Origin: a virus
Lineage: Duplodnaviria > Caudoviricetes
Virus record (IMG/VR): IMGVR_UViG_3300043424_000638
Span: 1-54,950 of that record
Direction: 5' to 3' (one strand)
DNA length: 54,950 bases
The stretch's first letter is position 1. Each line of letters starts with the position of its first letter. Both the position numbers and the translations under genes were made by a program. Shown piece after piece: positions 26,521-36,395 of the stretch. Under the pieces are notes generated by a model, which was not told the origin of the DNA, did not search any database, and worked only from the letters and a program-made list of their open reading frames with translations.

Positions 26521-27342
26521 ATGTCTCTATTAAACATTAAAAGTGGTCGAGTTGTTTTCAAAGATAAAACCAAATTCACAACCTCTTCTGTATATTCTTA
26601 TGATTCGGATGCATTAAATTATATTGCTTCTGTAGAAACAGCAGATGGTCAAACCTTAGAAGAACCTGTTAAAATAGCTTATAACGATTTTATTGTGGGT
26701 TGTAAAGATGATGGTATTTGGAATGCTCTCAAAGCTTCTTGTATTCTAGCTGGAGCCAGGACTTTGAATGGAGCTTTGATTCCTTTAGTTGGAACAGCAC
26801 CTAGTAGTTTCAACTTTGTTTCTGCTGATTATAACAGAAAAACGGGCTTAAAAGGTAATGGTACTAACAAAAGACTCAATACCAATCGGAGAACTAACAC
26901 AGACCCACAAAATTCTAAACATACTTCCATATACGTTACAGAAAGAGAAACTAGTACATCTAAAACTTATATGGGAGGAAGTGATGTTTCTGGCTCTACT
27001 ATAATTAGGTTGGGTACTACTAGTAATGGTGTTGGTTTTAGAATAAATTCTTCTTCTCGATTAAACCTAGCAAACGGAAACGTAAATAACGCCTTTTTAG
27101 GGGCTAGTAGATCCAATGCCACTCAAATTACTTTTCTTGTGCCAGGATTTACTGCTTTTGCCATCTCCAATTCTTCTGCTACTCCAACTAATGAAGCTTT
27201 ACAAGTGTTTAGTTCTGGAACTTCTACCGCATTTTCAATAGCTCGAATTTCCTTTTATTCTATTGGAGAAGCTTTAGATCTAGACAAACTAAACACCAGA
27301 GTCTCCGCTCTTATGACATCTATTAACGGAGCTATCGCTTAA
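26521..27342 (+). CDS. Putative virion structural protein (beta-rich)
   Basis: YI..VE.ADG..LE...F..GCK.DGIW..LKASCILAGARTL.GAL phage family; TAAATA upstream. Confidence 0.65.
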   Translation: MSLLNIKSGRVVFKDKTKFTTSSVYSYDSDALNYIASVETADGQTLEEPVKIAYNDFIVGCKDDGIWNALKASCILAGARTLNGALIPLVGTAPSSFNFVSADYNRKTGLKGNGTNKRLNTNRRTNTDPQNSKHTSIYVTERETSTSKTYMGGSDVSGSTIIRLGTTSNGVGFRINSSSRLNLANGNVNNAFLGASRSNATQITFLVPGFTAFAISNSSATPTNEALQVFSSGTSTAFSIARISFYSIGEALDLDKLNTRVSALMTSINGAIA

Positions 27343-27346
27343 TTTT

Positions 27347-27655
27347 ATGAACTTACAAGAACTCATTCTTCAAAATAAATCCTATGAGGAACTTCAAAGT
27401 CTCGTTTTAATCTTTAATTCTTCTTTAAAAGACATTTTAGAAACTACACAAGAAACTTTTAATAGTCAACATAAAGTGTCTCCGATAGAATTAACCGATG
27501 GTCGTTATATGCTCTGTGCAGACTTGTTGACAGAAATTGGACCTGGAGGACTCTATTCTCAAGGTTTTGGTCTTTTAGATACGGATCTCTTTTCTCAGGT
27601 AGAAGTAGTCTCTCTGGAAGAAATCTCTTCTTTACTTCCATCAACAGAAGAATAA
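27347..27655 (+). CDS. Partner of preceding structural gene
   Basis: P..LTDGRYMLCADLLTE motif; tightly coupled. Confidence 0.6.
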   Translation: MNLQELILQNKSYEELQSLVLIFNSSLKDILETTQETFNSQHKVSPIELTDGRYMLCADLLTEIGPGGLYSQGFGLLDTDLFSQVEVVSLEEISSLLPSTEE

Positions 27656-27661
27656 GATAAA

Positions 27662-28045
27662 TTAATCTTCTTGAAAATAGGCATGGATTACCGGAGTTTC
27701 ATCTTGTCTCCACTTCATCCAAGCTTGAGCAATATTCTTAGGATCATTCCACCAAGCTCTTAAAGGAATCGATTGCCAATGACTATCCCAGACCCAAAGT
27801 TGATTCTTTCCTGGGGGATAAAGATAAGCACAAGTGGCATGACCCCAGTTTGGAGTTTGAATAGAAAGAACTTTAGCTTGTATTCCGCTCTGACGTAAGG
27901 ATTGAGCTACTACAATAGCTTCTGGTAAACAAGCTTTTCTAAAGGATCCAGCCCACTCCGGAACTCCTACAGGTGGGGTTGAAGTACAACCTGCTAAAAA
28001 GAGCCCTAAACAAACACAGAACTTTAATAAAGATTTACTTAACAA
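27662..28045 (-). CDS. Lipoprotein with transglutaminase/papain-like Cys-His-Asp triad
   Basis: Lipobox LAGC; ACLPEA...GHATC...VWD. Confidence 0.65.
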   Translation of the reverse strand: MLSKSLLKFCVCLGLFLAGCTSTPPVGVPEWAGSFRKACLPEAIVVAQSLRQSGIQAKVLSIQTPNWGHATCAYLYPPGKNQLWVWDSHWQSIPLRAWWNDPKNIAQAWMKWRQDETPVIHAYFQED

Positions 28046-28049
28046 TTTT

Positions 28050-28307
28050 TTAATCAGTTAAATTTTCGTCGAGTAAGTCTTGAACGTGCTTACCGAATTG
28101 AAGGCGTAAGAATCGAAGAACAGCAACTTCATGATGTTCATCTCGGTAATTGGGAATCCTTTTTAAAATAAAAGATAAACCAGCTTGTACAGCTTTATCG
28201 ATCTTTTCTTTTTCTTGAGGGTCTAGTTTAATTGGAATAATCTCTGAAGTAGAACTATTAATATTTTTATAAGCTTCTTCTAATAATTGCTGATCCTTGG
28301 ACTTCAT
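28050..28307 (-). CDS. MKSxD-leader protein
   Basis: MKSKDQQLLEEAY; TAAATA upstream. Confidence 0.75.
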   Translation of the reverse strand: MKSKDQQLLEEAYKNINSSTSEIIPIKLDPQEKEKIDKAVQAGLSFILKRIPNYRDEHHEVAVLRFLRLQFGKHVQDLLDENLTD

Positions 28308-29315
28308 ATTATTTTATTTAATCAAATAAGGTCTTTGGAAAAAGTGAGCCCCCAAAGATCTCCTCTGATCTTAATTCCTCTAAAGATTACATTTTGAGTC
28401 TTTTGATCCCGAACATAAAAGGAATCTTCTTGAATTTCAATAAGATGTTTAATTCTTTGAGCTTCTTGTAAAAGAGTCTTAGTAGAGGTATTAGAACAAA
28501 GTTTAACTACGGTATCCTCCATAAAGAACTAAAGGCGTTCTGTTTGAATGTCTTGAATAACTTCCCAAAGAAGAGTGTCTTTAATGTCTTTGAGGTTTTT
28601 ATAGTCTTTAACATTATGATGTCTTCCTCCGTCTTTCATGTTAAAGGCATAAGAATGCATTATAGTCTCTTCACAAGTCATAGGGTCATAATGCTTAGAA
28701 CAGCCATTGTCTCCGGTGAGTTCATAAAGAATATCTTGAAGAGCAGCGGCATAGCCTTCTAGGTAACGTTGTTCGTCTTTCTTGAGGGTTTTCATTCTTT
28801 GGCCTCTTGAAGGATTTCTAACATATTTACACAGATAGAAGCATCGGAACCGTCTTCAAAGAAAGCCGTCTTAGCTCTTCGAATAACTTTAAAAAGCTTA
28901 TCGTATACTCGTTCTAACTTACGAGTATAATCAAATAGTATATCTAACTTAACATCATCGGATAAGGTATTTCTCTTAAACTCTTCCGTTAATCGATCGG
29001 TCTCTAGGGAATCACTCATAAGATTAAAGCCCAATATCGATTCCGAACATCATTAGGATTCCTTTAAGGATAGCTCCAGCTAATCCAATCATACAGACTC
29101 CAAATAAAATCCGAAGCAAAACCATCCATCCCATAACACAGTCTGTTACTTGTTCTTCGTGAGTATATTTGTCTTTCATAAAATCAATATTAGATAAAAA
29201 TATAAAATAGGGCAACCTAAAAGGAAAAGAAAAGCTCCTTATTCTAATACCCTTTTATTTCGGAGCAGACCTGCTTATCTTTAAATACGAGTTTCTCAAG
29301 GGTACAGGTCGATCT

Positions 29316-29579
29316 TTAATTATCTGTCTTTTCACAGATACCATTCAGACAATCGCAAAGAGCTTCTCTCAAAGGGGCTCCAACTACAATCAAAGCTTTG
29401 TGTCTAGACTGCTCTTCGATATGTTGAAGAACCTCTTTAGCCTTTAAGAGTTCTTCTTCTAGTTCTTTATTAATATTATGGAGGTCTGCTACTTGAGCTT
29501 GAAGTACTTCGCAGTCCTAAAACCACTCTTTAATAAGCCTCGAGTTCTCTTCTTTAAATTTCTGAATCTGTTCATCCAT
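29316..29579 (-). pseudogene. Coiled-coil ORF interrupted by one in-frame TAG (29517-29519)
   Basis: MDEQIQKFKEENSRLIKEWF*DCEVLQAQVADLHNINKELEEELL...EKTDN* in a single frame. Confidence 0.6.
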
Positions 29580-29617
29580 TAAAGTAAAGTCTAAATTAAA
29601 TTCAAAGTCTGTATCGC

Positions 29618-29932
29618 TCATTTGTTTGATTTCTTTTGATCTTCTTCTGCAATCCTTTTAAGAACCATTGTAACATAATACTCTGGATGAGACTTGTAAT
29701 GCTGAAACAAAGTCACAAAACGGTTGTATTCTTCTACCCATCTATCGCTGTGTGGATCTAATACATGCATCCTCTCTTCTCTAAAGTGAACACTATCATG
29801 CATGGCTTGGTATGTAGCATCCAGCCTTGCAAGGACTTCTGACCTAAAGTCTTGTGGCAGAGTGTCATCATTCTTAAACATCTCCCAGATCTGTTCACGG
29901 GTGTATCGCCTTTCTTCTTGTTTGTCTTTCAT
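29618..29932 (-). CDS. Hypothetical protein, paralog of the C-terminal half of 52481..53005
   Basis: EMFKND.TL...F.SE.L.RLDATYQAM...DRW.EE.NRFV in both. Confidence 0.7.
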   Translation of the reverse strand: MKDKQEERRYTREQIWEMFKNDDTLPQDFRSEVLARLDATYQAMHDSVHFREERMHVLDPHSDRWVEEYNRFVTLFQHYKSHPEYYVTMVLKRIAEEDQKKSNK

Positions 29933-31997
29933 ATTATTGAGCTGCCTCCAAGTAGATATAAGTAGTCTTATTAAGCTTTCGAAGAATAGCAATTCTGTCC
30001 TTAATCATCTTGCGGAGGATAGGGCTACGTCGTGCTGACCAGCTGTCACAGATAGCAATACGTAGAGCAGTTCCAATGGAGATATGTTCGTTAAGAGTTA
30101 GTTTTTCCATAGTTTTTAAATACGATATGTTATTGAACCCCCAAACCTTGATACTTGAGCATAGAATTAGTCAAGTAACGTTGAATTTGTTCTAGGGTCT
30201 CTAGAGGTTTAATGTCTAGATAGATCTTTCTTTTATCTAGTTCTTTAATATCCGAAGAAGAAGTTAGATCCCAGATAGCTTGTTTCAAAGAAACAGAACA
30301 AGGAATATTCATGAGGTTATTATAGTGTTCCCAGAAGATAGAGTGTATAGAGGTTTTCATAAGAATTAATGAGACTTAGTTAGAGTATAGAGAATAATCA
30401 AAGCAATAAGAGCTCCCAAGACATTAAAGAAGACAGAATGGCAAAAGAAGGTCATAATCAAAAGAACTCCAATAGAAAGTCCTTGAATAGCTCCTACAAA
30501 GAATTCTGGTATTTTCATAAGATTAATGAGCCTTTGCCATCTCGTAAGCCGTATCTACCCCTACTCCTAAGTTCTCTAATTGAGCCACGGTCTTAGAACA
30601 CTTCGCTAACTTCTTATAGGTACTCTTGAGTCCGAGAGGGGCATTTTTGGCTTCTTGAAGTTGGAGAGCCAAGGTCTTGATCAGGTGATTGATTAGGGTT
30701 TGTTTGGTTTCCATGATTAAAAGAATAGAGATTTTGTTTTAAAATAGCCACTCTTTAATGAATTTTAATGATATAGGGGTATTCTTGATACCACCAATTT
30801 AAAACCTTATTTCCCTTTACGGTGACCTGATAGGTCTTACCTACTTCCAATTGACTATAGACTTCATCGCTATTAAACATCTGAAAAGGAATCAAACGAT
30901 TCTGAACTTCCAGGACTCCTTGATCGGTTCCTACCATATAGTGAGAAGAACTTCCGGAATCTACATAGAGCCTTTGAACTTGGATGACCATTTCCTTTTC
31001 CGGCCCGAATCCCTGAACTCCGAAGGTATAGTTTAAACCGATAACAATTCCTACAATTAAAAGAACCGGAGTCAAAGTAGAAACCGAAGCTACCAAGACC
31101 GGATGATCCACAGCCCAATCAAAAAACCTATCGATGAGAGTGGAGAGTGTGGAGAGTGAGAGTTTGTTATTTTTCATATAAGAGAGATATTAGAGATTTT
31201 GTTTTAAAATAGCACTCCAAAAAGAAATTAATTTTCCTTTTGATTAGCCAAATAAAAGGCAATAACCAAAGCTCCAAAGACAATCAGAACCGCGAGACTA
31301 GCTCCATTAAGGAACATTCCCGAGAAGATCTTACCAAGGACTGAAACTACAATATAAAGGTTTTCCATAACAGTTATCAGAATAGGGATTTTGTTTTAAA
31401 ATAACACTCTTTATTTTTAAGAAAATTTAAAGGATTCCTAGGTTCCAACAATAGTGATTAATGTCTTTAGTAGACATTCCCAGATCATTTAATTGACCCC
31501 AGATCTCATCGATCTCTGCTTGATAACTATCATATTCGTATCCTCCCTCTTGAGAAAGGTTCTGAAGCTTGATGGTCTCTACTAAGGTTTCCAGTAAGGT
31601 TTCTTTATTTTTCATAAGAGAATTAAATGAATTGTTTAGCGAGAAAAGCCGCTTTGAGGTTCTGATACCAGGTCGGGTTCTTCTCTTTGAGAATCTCTAA
31701 CGGAGCTTTCCGCTGAGAATAATCCTCGTGTTCTAGGGTCTGAAGATAGTCTTCGACATAATGATTAGCGATGAGTTCTTTCTTGAATGCAGCCATCGTC
31801 ACGGGACCTTTATGCTTAAAACGAGCCAAGAAGGTTCCGATAGGCCAACGACCTTGAGGGTCATTCAGGAACAGGTAAACGCCGGATTTCTCGAACATCT
31901 CTTTAGTGAATGGTGTTTTCATCATGGATCTATATTGGTCTATTTCTTAAAAAAGGTCCCGCCTAAAAGAAAAAAAAAAGATTAAATAAAAGAAAGT

Positions 31998-32216
31998 ATG
32001 AATAAATTTGATCGTCTCGTGAGTGAAATGATGGGTTCTGAAGCTTCTGAAACAGATGTTATTAGAAGTATTCGTCAAGACCTTACAGATTGTTCTTCTA
32101 ACCTAGATAATTTCGCTAGTCAATTTGAAGGATCTAGTCCCAAGGCTATGGCTATTCGTCAAGCTATGATGAAGGTAGACGCAGCTCGTGATATCCTTTT
32201 TAAACTTCAAGACTAA
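31998..32216 (+). CDS. MNKFD-leader protein on opposite strand within early block
   Basis: MNKFDRLVSEMMGSE; TAAATA upstream. Confidence 0.7.
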   Translation: MNKFDRLVSEMMGSEASETDVIRSIRQDLTDCSSNLDNFASQFEGSSPKAMAIRQAMMKVDAARDILFKLQD

Positions 32217-32292
32217 TAGGACCCGAGTAGAATCCTTAAAAAGACAACAAAACGCGTTTTAATCGCGTATAGGATAGCAAGAATCCTAGGAG

Positions 32293-32348
32293 TTTCCGAT
32301 TTTGTAAACGACCAGGTTTACCCAGTCCTAAAGGCTCATCGGGAACCT
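32293..32348 (-). ncRNA. Pseudoknot RNA motif, copy C
   Basis: GGUUC-CCGAU-GAGCC UUUAG GACUGGG-UAAA-CCUGGUC GUU UACAAA AUCGG AAA. Confidence 0.7.
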
Positions 32349-32358
32349 TCTCTAAGAA

Positions 32359-32508
32359 TTAGAAGTAAGCGTTCTTGTAAACCACAGGCCTTCCGGCATT
32401 CAGTTCTAGAGTCTTTTTAAAGTTCGTAAAGTCTGTGGAAGCTTGTTTCATCGTAGAACAAGCCGGCATCATAAGAGCCAAAGCAATAAGGAAAAGAAGG
32501 TTTTTCAT
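32359..32508 (-). CDS. 49-aa putative lipoprotein
   Basis: Own translation MKNLLFLIALALMMPAC-STMKQ... Confidence 0.6.
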   Translation of the reverse strand: MKNLLFLIALALMMPACSTMKQASTDFTNFKKTLELNAGRPVVYKNAYF

Positions 32509-33040
32509 AGGGGTTTATTAAAAGATTCGAGTTACTTGACGGAGCTTTCCGTCTTCGATTTCCCACTTGGTGACTTGGCAATAGTCTGTATCTTCTCCAA
32601 TAGTTTGCCAATTTACCACGAAAGGCTTTTGATCATAAGCGAGGTTAATGATCTTAAAACCCTCATAGTCTTCTCGGTCTTCGAAGTCCATAATGGCTTC
32701 TTGAGCGAGTTCTGAAGACGTATAGATTCCGAGAAGGCTATAACCATCATAGCCTTGATCTCCCATCAGGATGTAGTTGTTAGTATTCATTACAGTAATG
32801 ATATTAGAGGTTGATGGTGGACAGGTCAAAGACTATTTTAGTGAAATAAAGGCAACTCCAGCTTCTTTGTCAACAACACCCAAAGCTCCAACTTTCCAAG
32901 GATATTCTGGAACAACACAGTCAATATCCACATAACCTCCACAATCTCCAAAATCTGGAAAGCAAACATCGACATCTCCGTGTTTTGTTAGCGAATCTTG
33001 TAGTTGTTTAATTAGTTGTGAAGTTTTCATTACAGATATA

Positions 33041-33071
33041 AGAGTAGAGGATTTAGATTAAAAGATCCCGC
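33041..33071 (-). promoter_or_regulatory. Representative early promoter GCGGGA(C/T)-N17-TAnnnT
   Basis: Copies with -35 element near 20481, 22459, 23026, 25038, 31962, 33071, 33552, 34106, 34340, 34881, 35210, 45165; GAGTG/GTGGC variants near 30753, 31217, 31409, 35423. Confidence 0.8.
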
Positions 33072-33722
33072 TTTATTTTTTAATTTCTTTAGAGATTTCT
33101 TTAGCTACGATCTCCAAAGCTTGTTTAAAAAGAACATCTTGACGTTGACCCCAAATATCAGAAAAGTCGTCTCCTTTAGCAGAAACGTCTTTCATAGGAG
33201 GAATGCAGTTATCCCAGATATGTGGAAGAACCTCGTGCTTCATATAATAAAGAATGTCTTCTTTATCGGCTTTAGAGAGTTTAATAGTAGAAAGCTTCTT
33301 CATATTAAAGAGAAGGTTTAAAGGATTCGAAAGCGATAGGATTGCTGTAGTCGATTTCGCGATCCATAAACTGGTGGAGTTGCTGGTCGTCCAGGTACTT
33401 GAGGCCGTTGAGGACTCCGGTGAGGTGCCCGATCATCATGTCTTTGGTGTAGCCCCTCTTCTCGAGGTTCTTGAGGATTGTGGATCCGTAGTCTTGGGTG
33501 TTGTGTTTCATTACAGATATCAGAGTAGAGGGTTTCTTCAAAAGAGTCCCGCTTTTAATTCAATAAATCGTAAAAATAATCCGGTTCTAGGCCTTCTTCA
33601 TAAAGAACTTCTTCCGGATCTTCTCCGTCTTTCACTCGTTGACGCATTTCTTTTTGAAGTTCTTTGGCTTCTTCTAAGGTCAGATCTTGACCTTCCATCA
33701 AGGCTTTTAGGAGATGCATAGG

Positions 33723-33920
33723 TTATTTCTTCTTGGTTACTTTAATAACTCCCCTGAAAAAGCCGACAAGAAAGAAGGTCAAAAGGATCAAAAGGCCAAA
33801 GCCAACCTGAAACAGTGTAGGAGAAAGGACCCACCACCAGGACCAATCAATGTGATTAGTCAGCTTCAACCCTACAAAGAGGACTGTGAGAAGAGTGAGG
33901 CCAGATAGATTGATTTTCAT
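33723..33920 (-). CDS. Two-TM phage membrane protein
   Basis: LFVGLKLT.HIDWSWWWVLSP motif; start moved to MKINL. Confidence 0.7.
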   Translation of the reverse strand: MKINLSGLTLLTVLFVGLKLTNHIDWSWWWVLSPTLFQVGFGLLILLTFFLVGFFRGVIKVTKKK

Positions 33921-34900
33921 ATGATTAGATTTAGAATTCGTTGCTGAGCAAGAGAGCAATGGCTGCAACCACAAACAAGATGGTGATAAGAAGTCCTTCA
34001 CCAGTCAGGAACATGCCTGAGAAGATCTTTCCGATTACTTGAAGTGCTAGCGTGATGTCAATCATAACAAATAAGAGTATGGAGAATTTTTTAAAAAGAG
34101 TCCCGCTTTATTTTAAAGAAAGAGCGATCTTGAGACCTTTTTCAAAGTTCTGGACTTTCTTAATAGTGACTCCAGCACTCCGAAGGAAGGTCATCTCTTC
34201 GTCGTAAAGGTCTTGAGGAGTCTTAATATTTCGGAAATAGTCTTGGCATTCCGGGCAATCACACGAATTCTTTTTAGCCTTAGAAGTTTTCTTTTTCATA
34301 ACAGATCAAAGATTAGAGGATTCTTTAAAAGAAGGCCCGCTCTAAAGGTTATTTTTTAGATAATTTTTAGCCTCTACAAACAAAGCCTGAGCTCGATCCT
34401 CAAAGACATAGGTATAACCCTCTTCACTAACTCCTTCCATATTCGGAATACAAACGTCTTCTTGAAAAGCTGGAATGATCGTAAAGGCGATCAAATCATC
34501 TAGCTTTTCTATTTGTTCTTGAGATAGCTTGGTCATAACAGATTAAGGTCTTAGGCTTTGCCGGCGAAGTAAACCTTACCAGGAACGGTCTCAGAAGGAG
34601 CCTGAGTAAAATCCAGGATGATAGAGGCTTTCTCAGTCTTAACCGCCTTAGGGGCTTTCTTAGAACCCTTTGAAACCCTCTTCAAGGTATTGTAGACAGC
34701 CCGGTAATGGGCCTTGTTCTTAACCAGAGAGGCGGTAGGGTGGTTGGTGTCATGAATCACCGCCAGGATGTCCTTAACGGTGTAATGAGGATTAGTGGTG
34801 TAGAGGTCTTTAACGACTTGGCTGAGTGTGGTGTTGTTTGTCATGGTTTATATATTGGCGGATTTTTAAGAAAAGGTCCCGAAAAAAAAGAAATATTTTT

Positions 34901-35170
34901 TTATTGTTGTTCAATGGTCACGGTTCCAGAAACCCTTACGAGTTTCCCGTCTACAAAGAAGAACCAACCATCAGTCTCCTTTTCGGAATTAACAAAGCTA
35001 TTAACTACCTGATAAGTCTTGACGGCTTTGTCCCCGGACCAAACGGTAACCACGTAATTGCCTGTAGAGAACCCTTCTGCCAGTTTTCCCATATTGTTCT
35101 TAAAGGCTCCACATCCGGTTAGGAAGAGAGAAGAGATACCCATAACAGAGAGAATTAATGTTTTTTTCAT
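34901..35170 (-). CDS. Early lipoprotein
   Basis: Signal peptide with lipobox LTGC. Confidence 0.7.
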   Translation of the reverse strand: MKKTLILSVMGISSLFLTGCGAFKNNMGKLAEGFSTGNYVVTVWSGDKAVKTYQVVNSFVNSEKETDGWFFFVDGKLVRVSGTVTIEQQ

Positions 35171-35423
35171 AACAGATAAGAGAATAGAGATTTTGTTTTA
35201 AAATGTCCCGACTTTTCTTTAACGATTTTTAAGACGAATAAAAACGTCTTGATTCTGAAGCATAATCTCTCCCAAGATTACGGAACAATACTCGTACCAT
35301 TGTTCCAGAGTCCATTCTCCGCTAGTGACCTTATCGAGATTCTCCTGATACTGAGGAGCAATTTGTTGGATGTATTCGTTCATAACAGATCCAAGATTAG
35401 AGAAACCTTTTAAATAAGGCCAC

Positions 35424-35455
35424 AAAAAAAGGATTCCGATTAAAGAATCCTTTTC
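35424..35455 (-). terminator. Rho-independent terminator separating the late effector block from the early block
   Basis: AAAAGGATTC-TTTAATCG-GAATCC followed by T7. Confidence 0.7.
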
Positions 35456-35480
35456 TTAGAAGGTTATTAGAGAATCTTTC

Positions 35481-35948
35481 TTAGCCTAGACGAGTTCTTA
35501 GTTGTTGGTCTCTACTCATCTTATTAGAGAATCCATATTCATCGGTTTCAGAATCCAAAAGCTCTACACCAACAATCTTAGAAGAAGATTCGTCTGAATA
35601 GGTATAAGGTTTTCCTAAGAAGTATTTCTTAGCTACTTCTAAAGGAGTTTGGTCTTCTAAGAACTTATTAGAGATATTAAAACTTGTTTTATAAGAATCT
35701 CCATTTTGAAGTTTGATTTTAAGATCTACAGTAATGTAATCTTTTTCTTCTTGGACTTCATCTAATTCTTCTACTTCTACTTTATATTGTTGATCTTTTA
35801 AATCTCTTACTATTTCGTCTTTTTCTTCTTTAGAATGGGCAATAAATTTTTGGGGTTTTTGAAAAGCAGAAAAAGCGGTAATCTCAAACTTTTTAGATTC
35901 TTTTTCTTCGTTCATGATTTCTTTATAGAGAGTTTCGAATTTGTTCAT
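35481..35948 (-). CDS. MNKFE-leader acidic protein
   Basis: MNKFETLYKEIMNEE. Confidence 0.7.
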   Translation of the reverse strand: MNKFETLYKEIMNEEKESKKFEITAFSAFQKPQKFIAHSKEEKDEIVRDLKDQQYKVEVEELDEVQEEKDYITVDLKIKLQNGDSYKTSFNISNKFLEDQTPLEVAKKYFLGKPYTYSDESSSKIVGVELLDSETDEYGFSNKMSRDQQLRTRLG

Positions 35949-36395
35949 ATACTTTATTTATAGATTCTTTAAAAACTTTTTGGAACTTCTTTATTATCGA
36001 AAACTTTGTCTACTGTAGCTAATTTTCTGTGAGGATAAAACAAAGCTCCTTTTTCATCTTTGGGATTTAGTTCTGTAATTTCTGTACTTAAAATTTCCAA
36101 AAGATTTAAAGTATTTTTAGAAGAAAAGCTATTTTCCAAAGAAAACAAAAAATCTTGTTTTGTTATTTTAAAAGAATCTTTCTTTAATTCTTTTATATAT
36201 TTTCTCATTTTCCAATAATTCTTTATTTTTCTTACAATTTTAAACATATTTCTTTATTTTTCTTACTATTTCTCTATTTCTTATCTATCTATACTACATT
36301 CTATCTACATATTTTCATATTTCAATATGTGTATATGTTCTTTTTTTCCTTTTTATTTTCTGGATTTCATTTTAAATTCCCTATTTTTATTCTTT

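Larger units (their letters stand above)
30130..35425 (-). other. Cluster of ~25 short early (host-takeover-type) ORFs, mostly with individual promoters
   Basis: Co-oriented 40-140 aa ORFs, visibly higher GC than flanks, repeated GCGGGAC-type promoter and ATCTGTTATG start context. Confidence 0.8.

Noticed and set aside
33254-33908. Plus-strand ORFs in the early block (e.g. 33254..33721, 33714..33908; also 34707..35012)
   Set aside because: Antisense shadows of minus-strand genes that have their own promoters
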